Shown piece after piece: positions 12,277-23,474 of a stretch of 64,000 bases of DNA. Origin of the DNA: Oculina patagonica (lineage: Eukaryota); NCBI RefSeq assembly GCF_052425735.1, contig NC_135770.1, forward strand, positions 26,164,001-26,228,000, given 5' to 3'. Below the pieces are notes generated by a model. It had not been told where the DNA came from, searched no databases, and was given only the letters and a program-made list of their open reading frames with translations. The first letter of the stretch is position 1, and each line of letters starts with the position of its first letter. The position numbers and the translations under genes were made by a program.

Positions 12277-15200
12277 TCCTGCCTAGCTGTGCCTGTTGTC
12301 AATTTCGCGCGCAAAATAAGCAAATACATGTAATAGGTTTACCATCACCATCTATCTGCGAATTATTACGAAGTCCATAATGTACGATTTCTTTCATAGG
12401 AATCAACAATGCAGATGACAGAAAAGACAGCAAACATGATTACTGACACCCTTAACGACTTAGAGGAGCCATTTTCTCCTGTTTTGGAGCTGACGGCTAA
12501 GAGTGTTACAGGATGTCTTACAAATGTTCTTCAGTCTGCAGCAGGTGCAGGTAAAGCGGAAGGAGCCTCGCCATCCCCAGAGGTATAACGAATTACCGAA
12601 GTTACTTTCGCAATTGTATATTTACATCTAAACCAAAAAGGCTTTATTGTTTACTCCCTTTTGAATGTAAACATTTTGCGCATTGCTTTTTTCGAAACTA
12701 GAAAAAATGGTTTAAGTATTTTTTATTTTCCGAGCGACATAAACAAAATAATACCTTATTATACCTTATTACATGACATTTTCGCGACACTTTAATTTTG
12801 CGATTTTGAGGAGCGCATATTTAGCGTCATTCAAATTTTGCGATTTTGCGAAAATTAGTATTTTAAATCACTTTAATTTCGCGTTGTTGAGTAAGACCCT
12901 ATTTACATTTCCTTAACAATATCATTCGACGTTTCCTAGGCCTTGAATTAAATAAAACGACTTTATCATAGGAACCACAACGTCAAAATAAGGAACAACG
13001 CAACGGCGGAAAAAAGAGTCAACAGTAACAACAGAACAGTTATCAGTCTTCTTGTTCTCTCCTTGTTCTTGCAGAATCAATTGAATCAATTCTTTCCTTC
13101 AGTACTACTTAACTCGTTCTTTCTTGATTATTGACATAATGCGAGTCGCTAAATTACAGTTAAATTTACGCGTCATGTTATGTTTAGGACACTTACTGTT
13201 CCCGTCACTTATATTTCGCGATTATTTTTGAATCGCAAATTCGCGAAATTAACATGTCGCGAAAATTTCATGAAATAACGCAATCTATTTTATTAGTTTG
13301 AATTTCAAGCATGGAGATTAGTTGCTGAACGACGAAATCTCTCCTTTTTGTTACAGTTCGTAAAAAAGGCTTTAGGTAAATTGAGCAACATGAGCGATGC
13401 ATTCTTTGGCCGCTTGGTTCCAGCTGAAGACCTTGTCATTAAAACAACCAACTTAGCAATATCTCTGAAGAAAGTGTCCGCTGACGATGTAAAGGGACTG
13501 GGTATGGAAGAAGGACCTTCAAAGTTTAAGCTACCAGGCAACCTTGGAGATATGGGTGGTGAAAACATCAATGCAAAGGTAATAGACCGTTTTATTTTTT
13601 TTGCGTTCAAGATCGTGTTGAAGCCTTTGTACAGCACTTTATTTGAGGCGATAAAAAATATTTTGAAATGCTTTTTGAAATATCGTAAACTTCCACAAAA
13701 AGCCTTTCATCATCAAATTCTAATAGACCATAAACCCCCTCTCTATGAATGCGCCATGTTCGTATATTCTTATCTATTAATGAAAGATATACTTTCCCTT
13801 AGCTTGATTTGTGCTTTATGTTGTGCTATTTTTTTATTAGTTTAACAATGAATGCAGGACTTTTGTTCCATATCGTATTTTTTTTTTCAGAACTTTTTTT
13901 TGGCAATGAGCGACTCTTGTATCGCATTTTGCGTGTCCAAGAGAGGCCCGCAACTTCGACCAAACTGCAACGGCCATTATCAAGTGGGCTTAAAATTAAG
14001 AATGCCTGCAATGTAATGCTATAGTGACTTGGTGAAGGTTATTAAACTCGTTATTTAACTCGCGCGCATGGAATTATTTTTAAGTAGTGTTTCTTTGTCA
14101 TTATGAACAGACAACATGGAATATTCATCCCTCGAATAAGTCTGTTTCCTTTTTCAGATGCTGGCTGTTAATTTCAACCCCTTTACATGGGACCAGAGCA
14201 GCAAGAAAGTCAAATCAAGTGTCACCAGTCTCGATCTTCATAGTGGCAATGGGAAAATAATTAATGTTTCAAATCTTGATAATGACATTGAGATAGTTAT
14301 ACCGATTTCCAGTCCACCAAAAAACAACAGTAACGGAACAGAACACAACTTTCTAAAGCCAAACAAAATTTCCATTCGTAGTTATTACGCAGAACTAGCG
14401 GATGTTCCTGTTTCTATTAAAGTCGGTGTGCAGGAAGAAGGCGCAGTTATTGAATTGTTTGTTAAATTTGGATCAAGACCTACGATCGAAGACTCTGACC
14501 ACAACTTTACTGTTACATCAACATGTTCAAACCAAACAGATGACAAGCATAACGAAACATCCTGCCTTCCTGAAGAGAGTTCCGTAACAGTTGTCCCACC
14601 TGAGCCAGGTCGTCTCTATGTTGGTCTGTTGTTTTTGGGAGCTAATACTACAACTGAACATTCCAGGAGGCGAAGATCATGTTTTGGCCATGTTCGTGAA
14701 AGACGGTCATGTGTTGGCTTCAAGGATCCGCCACCTAAAGGAGTCTATAAAACGGATGTTCCACAATATGACCCATTAACAGATGTTAACTACACGTTCA
14801 CTATTAGCCAATCAAGTTGCTTGTATTGGTCTGAAGATAAAGAGAAGTGGACCTCCGATGGCTGCAAGGTAAATTAAATTAACGTCATGTCTTTAGTCAT
14901 CTTTTCATTCTGGTTAAAAAATGACTAAGATCAGGAGCTTCCATCTCACCAGAAAAGGATATGTTTAGATCTAGTTTCAGATAAGTCATCGATCAACGTT
15001 CCTACTGAACTCGTTTCCGGGGTGCTTAAAGGTTTAGACAGGGATCGAAGGAGGCGCTGACAATACTGAAATATAATACCTGTTGTCATTGCAAACAGAT
15101 GTAATGAGAAAACCTCGATCAGACTTCTGGCAGAAATAGAAGATCAAGCGAATAAAACATACAATCAATGTTCCTCTTCTAAACACTGTTACTGACAAAT

Positions 15201-18200
15201 CATGTTTCTTCCGAAAATAGGTCGACGCCAGTTCAAACACCACCCATCTTAAATGTCTGTGCAATCATTTGACGTCCTTTGGTGGAAACTTCATTCAAGC
15301 ACCAAATCCTATTGACTTTGACAAAGTTTTCACTGAGTTTACGCGGCTTGGTGAAACCGGAAATATTTCAGTTCTTGTGACAATTGCGTGTGCTTTCCTC
15401 CTTTACTTTGTTGTATTAATCTTCGCAAGGAGAGCCGACAAGAGGGACGAAAATAAGGTACATCAGTGATGGTATTACAGTTCTATGACATTACATATTT
15501 AAGCTCATAATATAAAATTATAGAGAGCACAGTCGTTAGTAAGCGTAAGCGATCGCGAATTGCGTGAAATAACATCTTATTATATGTTTATTTCAGATTT
15601 CCCCTCCTAAACATGTGAACATCGTTGAAGAAGGAACCTACTTTTACGACATGGTAATCAGCACTGGAGTCTGGAAACACTCAGCAACAACAGCCAGTGT
15701 AACGATCAGCATAAAAGGCGAAAATAACGAACACAAGCTTATTCCACTGCGAAGTAAAGAGGATTCAACTGAAATATTTGCGCGAGGAAGTGTGGATGGC
15801 TTTGTCCTCATCACAAACGAATCATTAGGTCCTTTGAAAGAAATAACTTTAGAACACGACAATTCGGGAGATAATCCATCTTGGTTTGTTGAGACAGTGG
15901 TACTCAGAGACAGGCAGACAGAAGAACGATGGGTGTTCCCGATAAATCGATGGCTTGCGTTGGAAAAAGAAGATGGACAAATAGAAGTCACAGTAGACAA
16001 CAAAAGTTCTTCTTCCTTTTCAGGCCAGGTGCGTTCACGCTTTGGAAGAAAAATTGCAGACGGTCATTTGTGGATGTCAGTTGCTGGAAAAGCATGCAGC
16101 AGTACTTTCACTCGTGTGCAGAGAGCCTCGTGTTGTCTTTCAATTCTGTTTAGCGCCATGATTGCCAATGCCATGTTCTATAACATTGGTGGCGAGTCTG
16201 ATGGAGCTATACAGGTTGGACCATTCAAGTTTTCATGGAGACAGATTGTTGTTGGAGTGCAAAGTGGAATCATAGTTGCACCTGTAAACATCTTGATTGT
16301 CCTCTTGTTTAAGTCTAGCCGACCAAGAAAGAAAAAGGGACACAAATATAAAGACATTGACCAAGCCCAAGAACTTGTTGATGAAATAAGTGAAACAGGT
16401 TGCACGTTGCCTCATTTCTGTGTATACATCGGTTGGTTTCTCTGCTTCGTCACAACTCTTACCGCAGCAACGATTACCTTATTTTACAGCTTAATGTGGG
16501 GTAAAGAAGTTGCCGAGCAATGGCTTGCCTCCATTTTGATTTCAAATGGACAAGATATTTTCGTTGTACAGCCAACAAAGGTAATGCTGGCAGTCATTGT
16601 AGTTTCCTTGCTCTTCAGCAGAAGGAATAAGAACACAAGTGATGATTCTGAGGAGGAGAGTAAAGAAAGCGATGCCTATGACGATGACATCGACTTTCTA
16701 AGTGATGATCCTAAACAACGCTTTAAACAAAATCTCTTGGAGAAGATGCGTATGCGAAGCAAAAAAGAGGCTCAGTTGACAGACATAGTGAAGGAAATTG
16801 TCCTTCATTTAATATTTGTGTTTCTCTTGGCTATCGTTTGCTATGGCAACAAGAATGGAAATCGTTTTCTAATGACAACTGCAATACGAAATCCCTTCAC
16901 AAAGTTTGACTTGGTAAGACTTGACTTCGTGACTTGTCTATAACTACTTCTGAAAGTTCTCCTTGCTGGCGAACCCTATTACATGAAATTTTCGCGACAC
17001 GTTAATTTCGCGAATTTCGCGATTCCAAAAAAATCGCGGAATTAAAGTGACGCGAACAATAAGTGTCGCGAACATAACATGGCGCGAAAATTACGTGACT
17101 CAAGTTATGCCAATATTCAAGAAAGAATAAGTTAAATACCAGGAATTTTCAATGTAAATGGATTCTGTGGTCAATTAACTCAAGAACAATAATTCACGTA
17201 CAAGCGTGAATTGCTTGTGGTCATTGTGAGAACTGCTCTGTTAGTCCTGCCGTTGCGTTTTTGTTAATTTTGACGTTATTTTTTTCCTTTGATAAAGTCG
17301 TTTTTTTCATTTAAGGACATGTTAAATAATGCTGCCTAGGAATTTTAAATTGTGTGTTCCTTAAAACGCGAAAATAAAGTGATTTAAAATACAACATTTT
17401 CGCAAAATTGCGAAATTAACGTGTCGCGAAAATTTCATGTAATAAGGTAACTAATAATAAAAATACTACGTTCAAAGTAAGCTCGTCCTTTTAAAGACAT
17501 GTTGACAAGCATTGAATCAGCATGAAAAACATTTTAGGACTTTAAAAGTTACGAAAATCGATAGAGCTCACAAAACAGGTCAACTTTATTCATCCCAAAA
17601 AGGGCCAATTTGTGAGCCTTATTGCTATTATTTTCAACTGGATGTTAAGCCCCCGAAAAGCTTGTGATGTCATCCCAAATTAAATTTAGAGAAAGCTTTT
17701 TGCTTTGCCAACTAAATAAAGTTGCCATTGGAATAGGTACTATTTGCCAGAAAGAACGGTGACTAGAATTGCCGAAGTATTAAGTTCTTTTAAACTTTCT
17801 GACAATTGCTTTTGTATGGGTTGCCTCATAATAGCAAAAAAATGTTGTTTAAAAGCCGTGTCAAATTCCCAAGTCTGAAAACATTTTTTTTTTAATTAAA
17901 GAACATTTATTTTCTTTATTTCAAAGTTTGCATTTTCATCATTCGATAGTTTACTTAACTCAATGGCAAGCTTTCATTCCTTTCAATAGATAAAACACGA
18001 CTTTTCTTTCTCCTTTGTCTACATCTACATCTACATCTACATTTAATATGTTGGTAAGAAGTCCATACGGATATCACACCAACGTCTAAAAATAAGTAAA
18101 AATACAATATGTACATAAGTAAAATACAATATATAATAACTGAAAAATTCTAAATTAATTCTTAAAATCTAAAAATTCTAAAATTATATGGGTAAACCAC

Positions 18201-20429
18201 TAAATTAGTAAATGTAGCTGTTTAAATTTCAAAACGTTTTATTTATTCAGTTAGTTCATAACACTTTTTTGTAAACTAGACACATAATCCCTTTAAGATA
18301 GGAGCCCACAAAACCATTTTATCGTATCTTAATTAAGGAGAAGGGGACCACTTGGCAACTTGCAACCAATACTTACACAAACTCTTGTTCAAATTTCAGA
18401 TAACCGATTCGCACAGACTGAGGGGATGGTTACGGCAAGAATTCTTTCCACATATTTACAATCAAGCGTGGTACAATGGTATGAAAGAGAAGAATGACGT
18501 GTACATTGCAAACAAGATGTCCATATTAGTCGGCATGCCTTGGATGCGACAGTTGAGAGTCAAAAATAGTAAGGCTATAGTAAATGCTACTTCCGAAAAC
18601 AAAACTATAAAAATCTATCCTATCAAAAACGAGGCTAAACGGGATAAGCATTACTTGCAACTCCTACGTTTTAGAGAGCAAAAACGAAAACATTTGCTGT
18701 ATCTTGGAAGAGAGCGCTAGCTCATCGCTGTCCGCTTTTTTGAATAACACAGCCATCGATCTTCTGTACCTTTGTTTTGTCTGAAATTTCGACAGAGGAA
18801 AGCTGTCCTTTACTAAAATTCGGAGCAGTATTACGGTTTTGATTCTGTTCTCACTTGCAATAGAAAGGTTGAATTAAAGGTCATAAAAAAACTCATTATG
18901 GACTTTTTGTCCATCACTTCTGTAATTTTAATACATTTTTAATGTTTTATTCTTAAGATTCCTGTGGACCACTTTCTAAGATTATCACACACTGCTATTA
19001 CGACTATTCACCTGAAAGCGAGGACACAACATTACTTAGTCTACCTGGATGGAAACCTCTCCCCGGCAATACGTCATGGCCAAAAGCCCTGCAAATGTGC
19101 CCAAAACCTTGGCGTTACCAAACAGCTGAGGAACTAGACAATGATCCAATCAAGGCTTCCTACAATTCATATGAAGGAGGTGGCTATGCTGCCGTGCTAG
19201 GCTACGACGAGGAAACTGCCCTTGGAGTGTTGAGTGAGACATTTGGACATGGATGGGTCGATCGCCAGACTCGAGCGGTTATCCTAGAATTTGCAGTTTT
19301 CAACGTGAATACAAACTTGATAAGCATCGCTACCTATTTTTACGAGATGATTGCTGCTGGCTCTGTGTATACTTCAAAGAGAGTAGATACACTCGAGTTG
19401 TACAGTACAGAGTCAGGGGCTCTAATGTTCTATCTGATTTGTCAGTTTCTGTTTATAGGTATGGTTCTCTTTAACTTCATCGTGATGCTGATCCACCTTT
19501 ACCGACAACGCCTTGGATTTTTCAAGTCTGTTTGGAACATGGTTGACTTCTTAATGATTGTGTCTTCTGTGGCCTCCGTTTTGTTCTATATGTTTAGATC
19601 AAAAAGTATAATGCAGAGCATCAAAGCAATCCAAGCAAATCCCTATGAAATTGTGCACTTTCACGCAGCCCTAGACTGGGCTTACTGGGAAAATGCCTCG
19701 ATCGCTGTTGCAGTATTTATGGTGACACTGAAGCTTTTGAATCTCATCCGCTTCAACCCTTACGTGATTTTCTTGTTCTCATCCTTCCGCCAGTCTGTGG
19801 GTTACCAACTGTCCTACCTGTTTGCCTTTCTGATCGTCTTCAATGCATTTGTCATATCGGGAATGACATTTTTTGGTGGCACAATCCTTAACTACTCCAG
19901 CTACATGCAAGCAGTCATTTCGCAATTTCAATTCCTCTTAGGAACTGCTGTGCCAATTGATGACCTTCGTAATGACAAGCCCTTTATTGGCCCAACATTC
20001 GCTTTGTTGTTCATGTTATGCATGACTATAATCCTGATGAATATGTTGGTTTCTGTCCTGAATGAGTCCTACACTGATGCCAAGACAAACATTGAAGGGA
20101 GTGCCGAGGAGCTTGGAATGGCCCGATTCATTGGTGAACGTTTTTTGGACATGTTCCAGGAAGACAAAAGGAAACCTGAGTTCAAGCTATTTTGCGACGA
20201 CACAACGTTCACGAACATGTGCGTTTCTACTGCTGAGCCATTCTGTTTGAATTCTGAAAGTGTCATTCAGTGTACTGAGCAGAGACTGGATAAAGTTGAG
20301 AAGCGTTTAACCGTTCTTACTCGAAGAACACAAAACATAGAGACTGATCATTTCAAGGAGGAAGCTGAGTTCCTTGATCTACTCTTCCTAATAACTATTT
20401 CTTCTACCCGTCAAGCAAGCCTTCATTAA
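1..20429 (+). CDS. Gene A: polycystin-1-family (PKD1-like/REJ) receptor-channel with F5/8C (discoidin) and Ca-EGF ectodomain; multi-exon, 5' end outside window
   Basis: Hand-spliced exons: 1-180, 688-826, 1042-1376, 1557-1695, (4962-~5147 broken), 6634-6772, 7716-7841, 8228-8359, 8618-9326, 9638-10211, 10873-11088, 12034-12159, 12400-12582, 13357-13578, 14158-14868, 15221-15457, 15597-16913, 18400-18568, 18958-20429. GT-AG boundaries; frame continuous from 6634 to the stop. Motifs: GPS CLYW..W...[34 protein letters not shown], channel TMs. Automated pipelines would usually label this PKD1L2-like; orthology is not established. Confidence 0.93.
688..826 (+). CDS. Gene A exon: F5/8C domain 1, second half
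   Basis: AG|IFHREGDSNTVDQHQLPVPVYARYVRFYAMKVHNGNCMRVEVYG|GT. Confidence 0.88.
1042..1376 (+). CDS. Gene A exon: F5/8C domain 2, first half
   Basis: CLEAQGMENGEISDEQITASS...WLQVDL..VTRVATQGR; AG/GT boundaries. Confidence 0.9.
1557..1695 (+). CDS. Gene A exon: F5/8C domain 2, second half
   Basis: [38 protein letters not shown]. Confidence 0.9.
2008..3886 (-). mobile_element. Decayed non-LTR retrotransposon (LINE) reverse transcriptase and C-terminus, possibly RTEX-like; intronic
   Basis: RT motifs FVDFRKAFDSV, GVLQGCILSPLLFNLY, LLYADD, YTYLG. C-terminal SNHKLMIELGRY..RLCPLC..HFLLDC. Frameshift near 3200, in-frame stop at 2511, AATAAA near the 3' end; both ends run into N gaps. Confidence 0.9.
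4276..4390. repeat. Degenerate (GTA/GTG)n trinucleotide microsatellite
   Basis: Directly visible next to the gap. Confidence 0.85.
4962..5147 (+). pseudogene. Gene A truncated F5/8C domain 3 first-half exon (pseudo-exon)
   Basis: AG|CQNALGMENKLISGGQITVSS..WVAATSDASPWLQIDLDSQ. Homology then stops (no VATQG), repeat sequence follows, and a TGA occurs at 5186-5188. Confidence 0.75.
5301..5957. mobile_element. Foldback/MITE-like element, near-complete inverted repeat
   Basis: cacgccgggccag...ctggcccggcgtg; arms of about 320 bp match in inverted orientation. Confidence 0.8.
6634..6772 (+). CDS. Gene A exon: F5/8C domain 3, second half (intact)
   Basis: [38 protein letters not shown]; 139 nt, same length as 1557-1695. 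Confidence 0.8.
7716..7841 (+). CDS. Gene A exon: Ca-binding EGF
   Basis: [41 protein letters not shown]. Confidence 0.92.
8228..8359 (+). CDS. Gene A exon: Ca-binding EGF
   Basis: [41 protein letters not shown]. Confidence 0.92.
8618..9326 (+). CDS. Gene A exon: REJ domain part 1
   Basis: AVIDGG..VTVDGSLSYDGD..FSWSC; phase 1-2. Confidence 0.9.
9638..10211 (+). CDS. Gene A exon: REJ domain part 2
   Basis: PHSGYCTVSVSEGVSLETEFTFNCFDWQD..LPAG; phase 2-0. Confidence 0.9.
10873..11088 (+). CDS. Gene A exon: end of REJ/GAIN-A helical region
   Basis: AG|VTPPSSLDPC...VKKL|GT. Confidence 0.85.
11140..11920. mobile_element. Non-autonomous element with asymmetric inverted repeat and about 190-bp terminal hairpin (Crypton-like or Helentron-like)
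   Basis: ttatataataac (11140) is the reverse complement of gttattatataa (11721); palindrome at 11733-11920. Confidence 0.7.
12034..12159 (+). CDS. Gene A exon (GAIN-A region)
   Basis: ISETLIVKFTT...SNSL; 126 nt, equal to gene B 38509-38634. Confidence 0.82.
12232..12285. repeat. (GCCT)n microsatellite
   Basis: Directly visible. Confidence 0.9.
12400..12582 (+). CDS. Gene A exon (GAIN-A region)
   Basis: ESTMQMTEKTANMITDTL...SPSPE; open frame, AG/GT. Confidence 0.82.
12762..13282. mobile_element. MITE, TIR taccttattacatga..ttcgcg (copy 1)
   Basis: Terminal inverted repeats; same family as 16973-17449 in opposite orientation. Confidence 0.75.
13357..13578 (+). CDS. Gene A exon (GAIN)
   Basis: FVKKALGKL...ENINAK. 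Confidence 0.87.
14158..14868 (+). CDS. Gene A exon: GAIN-B and start of GPS
   Basis: FNPFTWD...VKFGSRPT...SCLYWSEDKEKWTSDGCK. Confidence 0.92.
15221..15457 (+). CDS. Gene A exon: GPS cleavage site and TM1
   Basis: [25 protein letters not shown]...hydrophobic TM1..ARRADKRD. Confidence 0.93.
15597..16913 (+). CDS. Gene A exon: PLAT/LH2 domain and TM2-6
   Basis: FARGSVDGF..HDNSGDNPSWFV..RWLA; HLWMSV; [10 protein letters not shown]; multiple TMs. Confidence 0.94.
16973..17449. mobile_element. MITE, same family as 12762-13282 (copy 2)
   Basis: accctattacatgaaattttcgcg ... cgcgaaaatttcatgtaataaggta. Confidence 0.78.
18019..18310 (-). mobile_element. Probable LINE 3' tail with (ATGTAG)n
   Basis: Hexamer microsatellite abutting AT-rich UTR-like sequence; family not identified. 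Confidence 0.35.
18400..18568 (+). CDS. Gene A exon: polycystin (TOP) domain start
   Basis: WYNG..NKMSILVGMPWMRQLRVK; 169 nt, equal to gene B 28312-28480. Confidence 0.9.
18958..20429 (+). CDS. Gene A last exon: TOP domain, polycystin cation channel, coiled-coil tail
   Basis: YEGGGYAAVLG..WVDRQTRAVILEF; WNMVDF; LKLLNLIRFNP; NMLVSVLNESY; tail RLDKVEKRLTVLTRR; stop TAA. Confidence 0.94.
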
Positions 20430-20582
20430 TTCCTTTTAGTTCCAGGTTTAGGTTAAATCACATGTTAAGACTTTTTTTTATTTTTGTCTAAGTACTTGTC
20501 TTTATGACAATCGATCTGTCTTTCACTAGCACTAAGGTTGAAGCACATGTTAAGGCTTACAATCAATGATTTTTAACAAGTT

Positions 20583-20829
20583 CTAACTCAGTACACACTG
20601 TGGGATACCCCCTGCGTCACATCGCAGCCGTAAGCGGGCTAGAAGGTTTTCAAGTGCCTTAGCAGGTTTTCGTGCTTTCGAGATAAGCTTTTTAGCTTTT
20701 TCCTCAAAGCTTCCATGCTGCAAAAATTCTTTATTTAGGCCTAAAGAGATTACCATACCAATGATCATAGCTTCGATTTCCGAATCATTTTCCACACTTT
20801 CTATATGAGACGATGGAGACTCGCAGTTC
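20583..20829 (-). CDS. Putative terminal exon of an unidentified minus-strand gene ending in CaaX (CVLS)
   Basis: Acceptor aattcag at 20830-31; open 82 codons ending ..GIPQCVLS*; minus-strand AATAAA at 20477-20482. Confidence 0.5.
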
Positions 20830-23190
20830 CTGAATTTGATATATCAATCCAATTCTTCTTTTTAATTCAAATAAATATTCAAATTCCTGGGCATGGTGGT
20901 TAGCGAGATTCACCCTGGGTTGGTTTTACGTTGTATAGTTCGTTACAGAACGGATACCAAGATTAATGTAACGTCTCCCTGCGCGCGCTTTCACCCTACG
21001 TTAGTCCTCATAATCATGCATGAACTCTCTAACTGGTCTGTCTCTGTGCTCCTGACGAGAATAACAGGCTTCCTGAGTGCAGACATGCGTGTTTTTTTCT
21101 TTAACAATCTATACCGATAACTTTTCTCTTAGTGAGCTCACTTAGCTATTATTACCATTATCTGTACTTTTTATAGGCTTTTGTTAAATAATCTTATTTA
21201 AATCATATTTTTAACATCCACGTAATTAAGATCAGCATGAACATTCTTATTTGTTTCTGCCGCGAAAATGTTATTTTTGACCTGAAAGTGAGACTTAGCA
21301 GAATCTTGACGATCTGAACACAACTCAACGAGAATACTTGCGCCAACGAAAAGCCACTGTTGCGGTGCGTACAAAAACATTGTTTCGAAAGAATCGTAAG
21401 GGAGGATATACCAGGAATCGCTCCGAGAACAAATGGACATATCACAGCCTCCGTTTTAACAAGTATAAAAACCGTTTTAGCAAATATATAAAATCGCTTA
21501 TAATCAAGCCATTTTCGCACAAAAAAAATAAAAAAAGTATCAAGTATAAAAAAAAAAAACAAGCTAGTGCAGGATTATGAAAGCATTGTTAAATGCATTT
21601 TAATGATGTAAAGGATGCAAGGCAATGTAATAAAGATATTGACTTCATATGAGCTTTAGTCATATGATCATATGACCTCGGGGCGGAGCCTTCCCTAAAA
21701 CAAAACACGATGAGTAAACACCATGTCAAAGCATATTTACCGATATATTGTGTCAAAAGTTCGTCAGTTCTGAAATGAATGATTTGCCACTAATCGGATC
21801 CTGTGTTTTGCGTGGAGGATTCTGGGATCGCTAGGGGGCAAACATTGCAAGTCGCTAGAAGAAAATGTATGGCGAAAAGTTGTTTTGACGCTCAAAAATA
21901 CGATTTTGGAGGGAGATCAAGGCTTTTTCACCAGTATTTTATCAGAAATGGATTTGGGCAATGTTGGTACGTTGAAAGTGTTAGGTTTTGTTTGAATAAC
22001 CGTAAGATATGCGATAAAATCTACCGCTTTTATGAAGGTTTACATGTATTGTGAAATAGACATCGCGTATAAACTGGGGTCTCGAAATGTTATAAAATTG
22101 GAAATAGCTCAATAAAGTCCTTTCAGTAGTTGAATAATATTTAACGTTTGCACAAGCTGTAAATTTATTAGTCACGTCTTTTATAAACAAATAATTATTA
22201 TGGCTTCGTAATATTAAAGGTGACAGACATTCACAGTCTCCTACGATCGTGACTTTTATAAATTTCCCATTCGCTTTTGGATTTGGTCGTTTGTTAAATC
22301 TATTTTGTTTATTACTAGTTTATAACGGGAACTATATCCTGTCAGCTGTATTATTAAGAAGTGTTTTAAGTTGAGTAGAGCCCTATCAATGCCGCCAGCA
22401 AATGTGTAGAGGTCGAAGGTCTGCGTAGTTTCCCGGTAGTACATTTTTACACCTCTGCACTGTATTTATTGTTATATGAACTTTATGTATTGGCTATTGG
22501 AACTGTTGTGATTTATCTTGGCTCATTTATATTTGCAAGATGTGCTTTAAATTCGTTCTGGAAGGACAAGATCTTAAATTGTCCATGAAGATGTTGATTA
22601 GTACAGTGTTGCGTGAATGTGTTGCTTCGTATCGCGGATGACATGTTTATTTTTGTTTAGCCAGAGGCTGCTTAGCTTTACTTCGAGAAAGATATAACCT
22701 TGTTTTAGAGCCGGCCATGCTCATGAAAAATCATCTTTCTTATTCTTGGGCGGGTGGAGTCTTAATATTCCATCGCGAGGAAGAATCTTTTGCCTCTCTG
22801 GGTACCTTCGATAGTTATCACATACCGCAAACAGCACACTCATCGCTAGCGACCGGGCATATTACTAAAATTATTTGTATAACTTAGCATAGAAATAATC
22901 CTGTACACACGTAAATACAACCCAAATGGCTTTATTAAGTAATTTACTCCCGATATATACCTAATTTGTAATATTTCGAGACCATTTTGAGATGTTAATT
23001 TCAAAATAAACCTTACGAAAGCAAGGAGGTTTATCGGTAAACTTGATCACATATTTCACGGTTATTCAAACAAAAACTTACACTTTCGAGTATCAACAAT
23101 ACCCAAATCCATTCCTGAATTAGCTCAGCTAATGCACGTTTCTCATTTAACGTGAAATACATCAGAGGAAAAAAAGGACTATAAAACAAT

Positions 23191-23474
23191 GGCCGTTTTC
23201 ATACTAGAGACAGACAAATCTTCTAGCCGGACAAATAGTCTGAGACGGACAAATCGTCTTAATGAGAAAACGGGACAGACACGAATTTGGACTTACAAGT
23301 CGTTTAAATGTGTCTGTCGATTTGACCTCTAGGAAGACGATTTTTCGAGGACGACTTGGTCGTCGAGAAGGACAAATTTTCTAGAATCCGTCTTAAATTT
23401 GCACTAGACGAAAACAATCGTCCGACGACTTGTCCGTTTAGACGATTTGTGCGTCTTTTAGCGTGAAAACGGCC
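23191..23474. mobile_element. MITE (Harbinger-like termini)
   Basis: ggccgttttcatactag ... tagcgtgaaaacggcc TIRs with internal gacaaat/gacga repeats. Confidence 0.7.

Noticed and set aside
19095-20429. Calling the channel exons standalone PKD2/TRPP genes (also 26608-27831)
   Set aside because: They splice in phase to upstream PLAT/GPS/REJ exons, so they are the C-termini of PKD1-type proteins.
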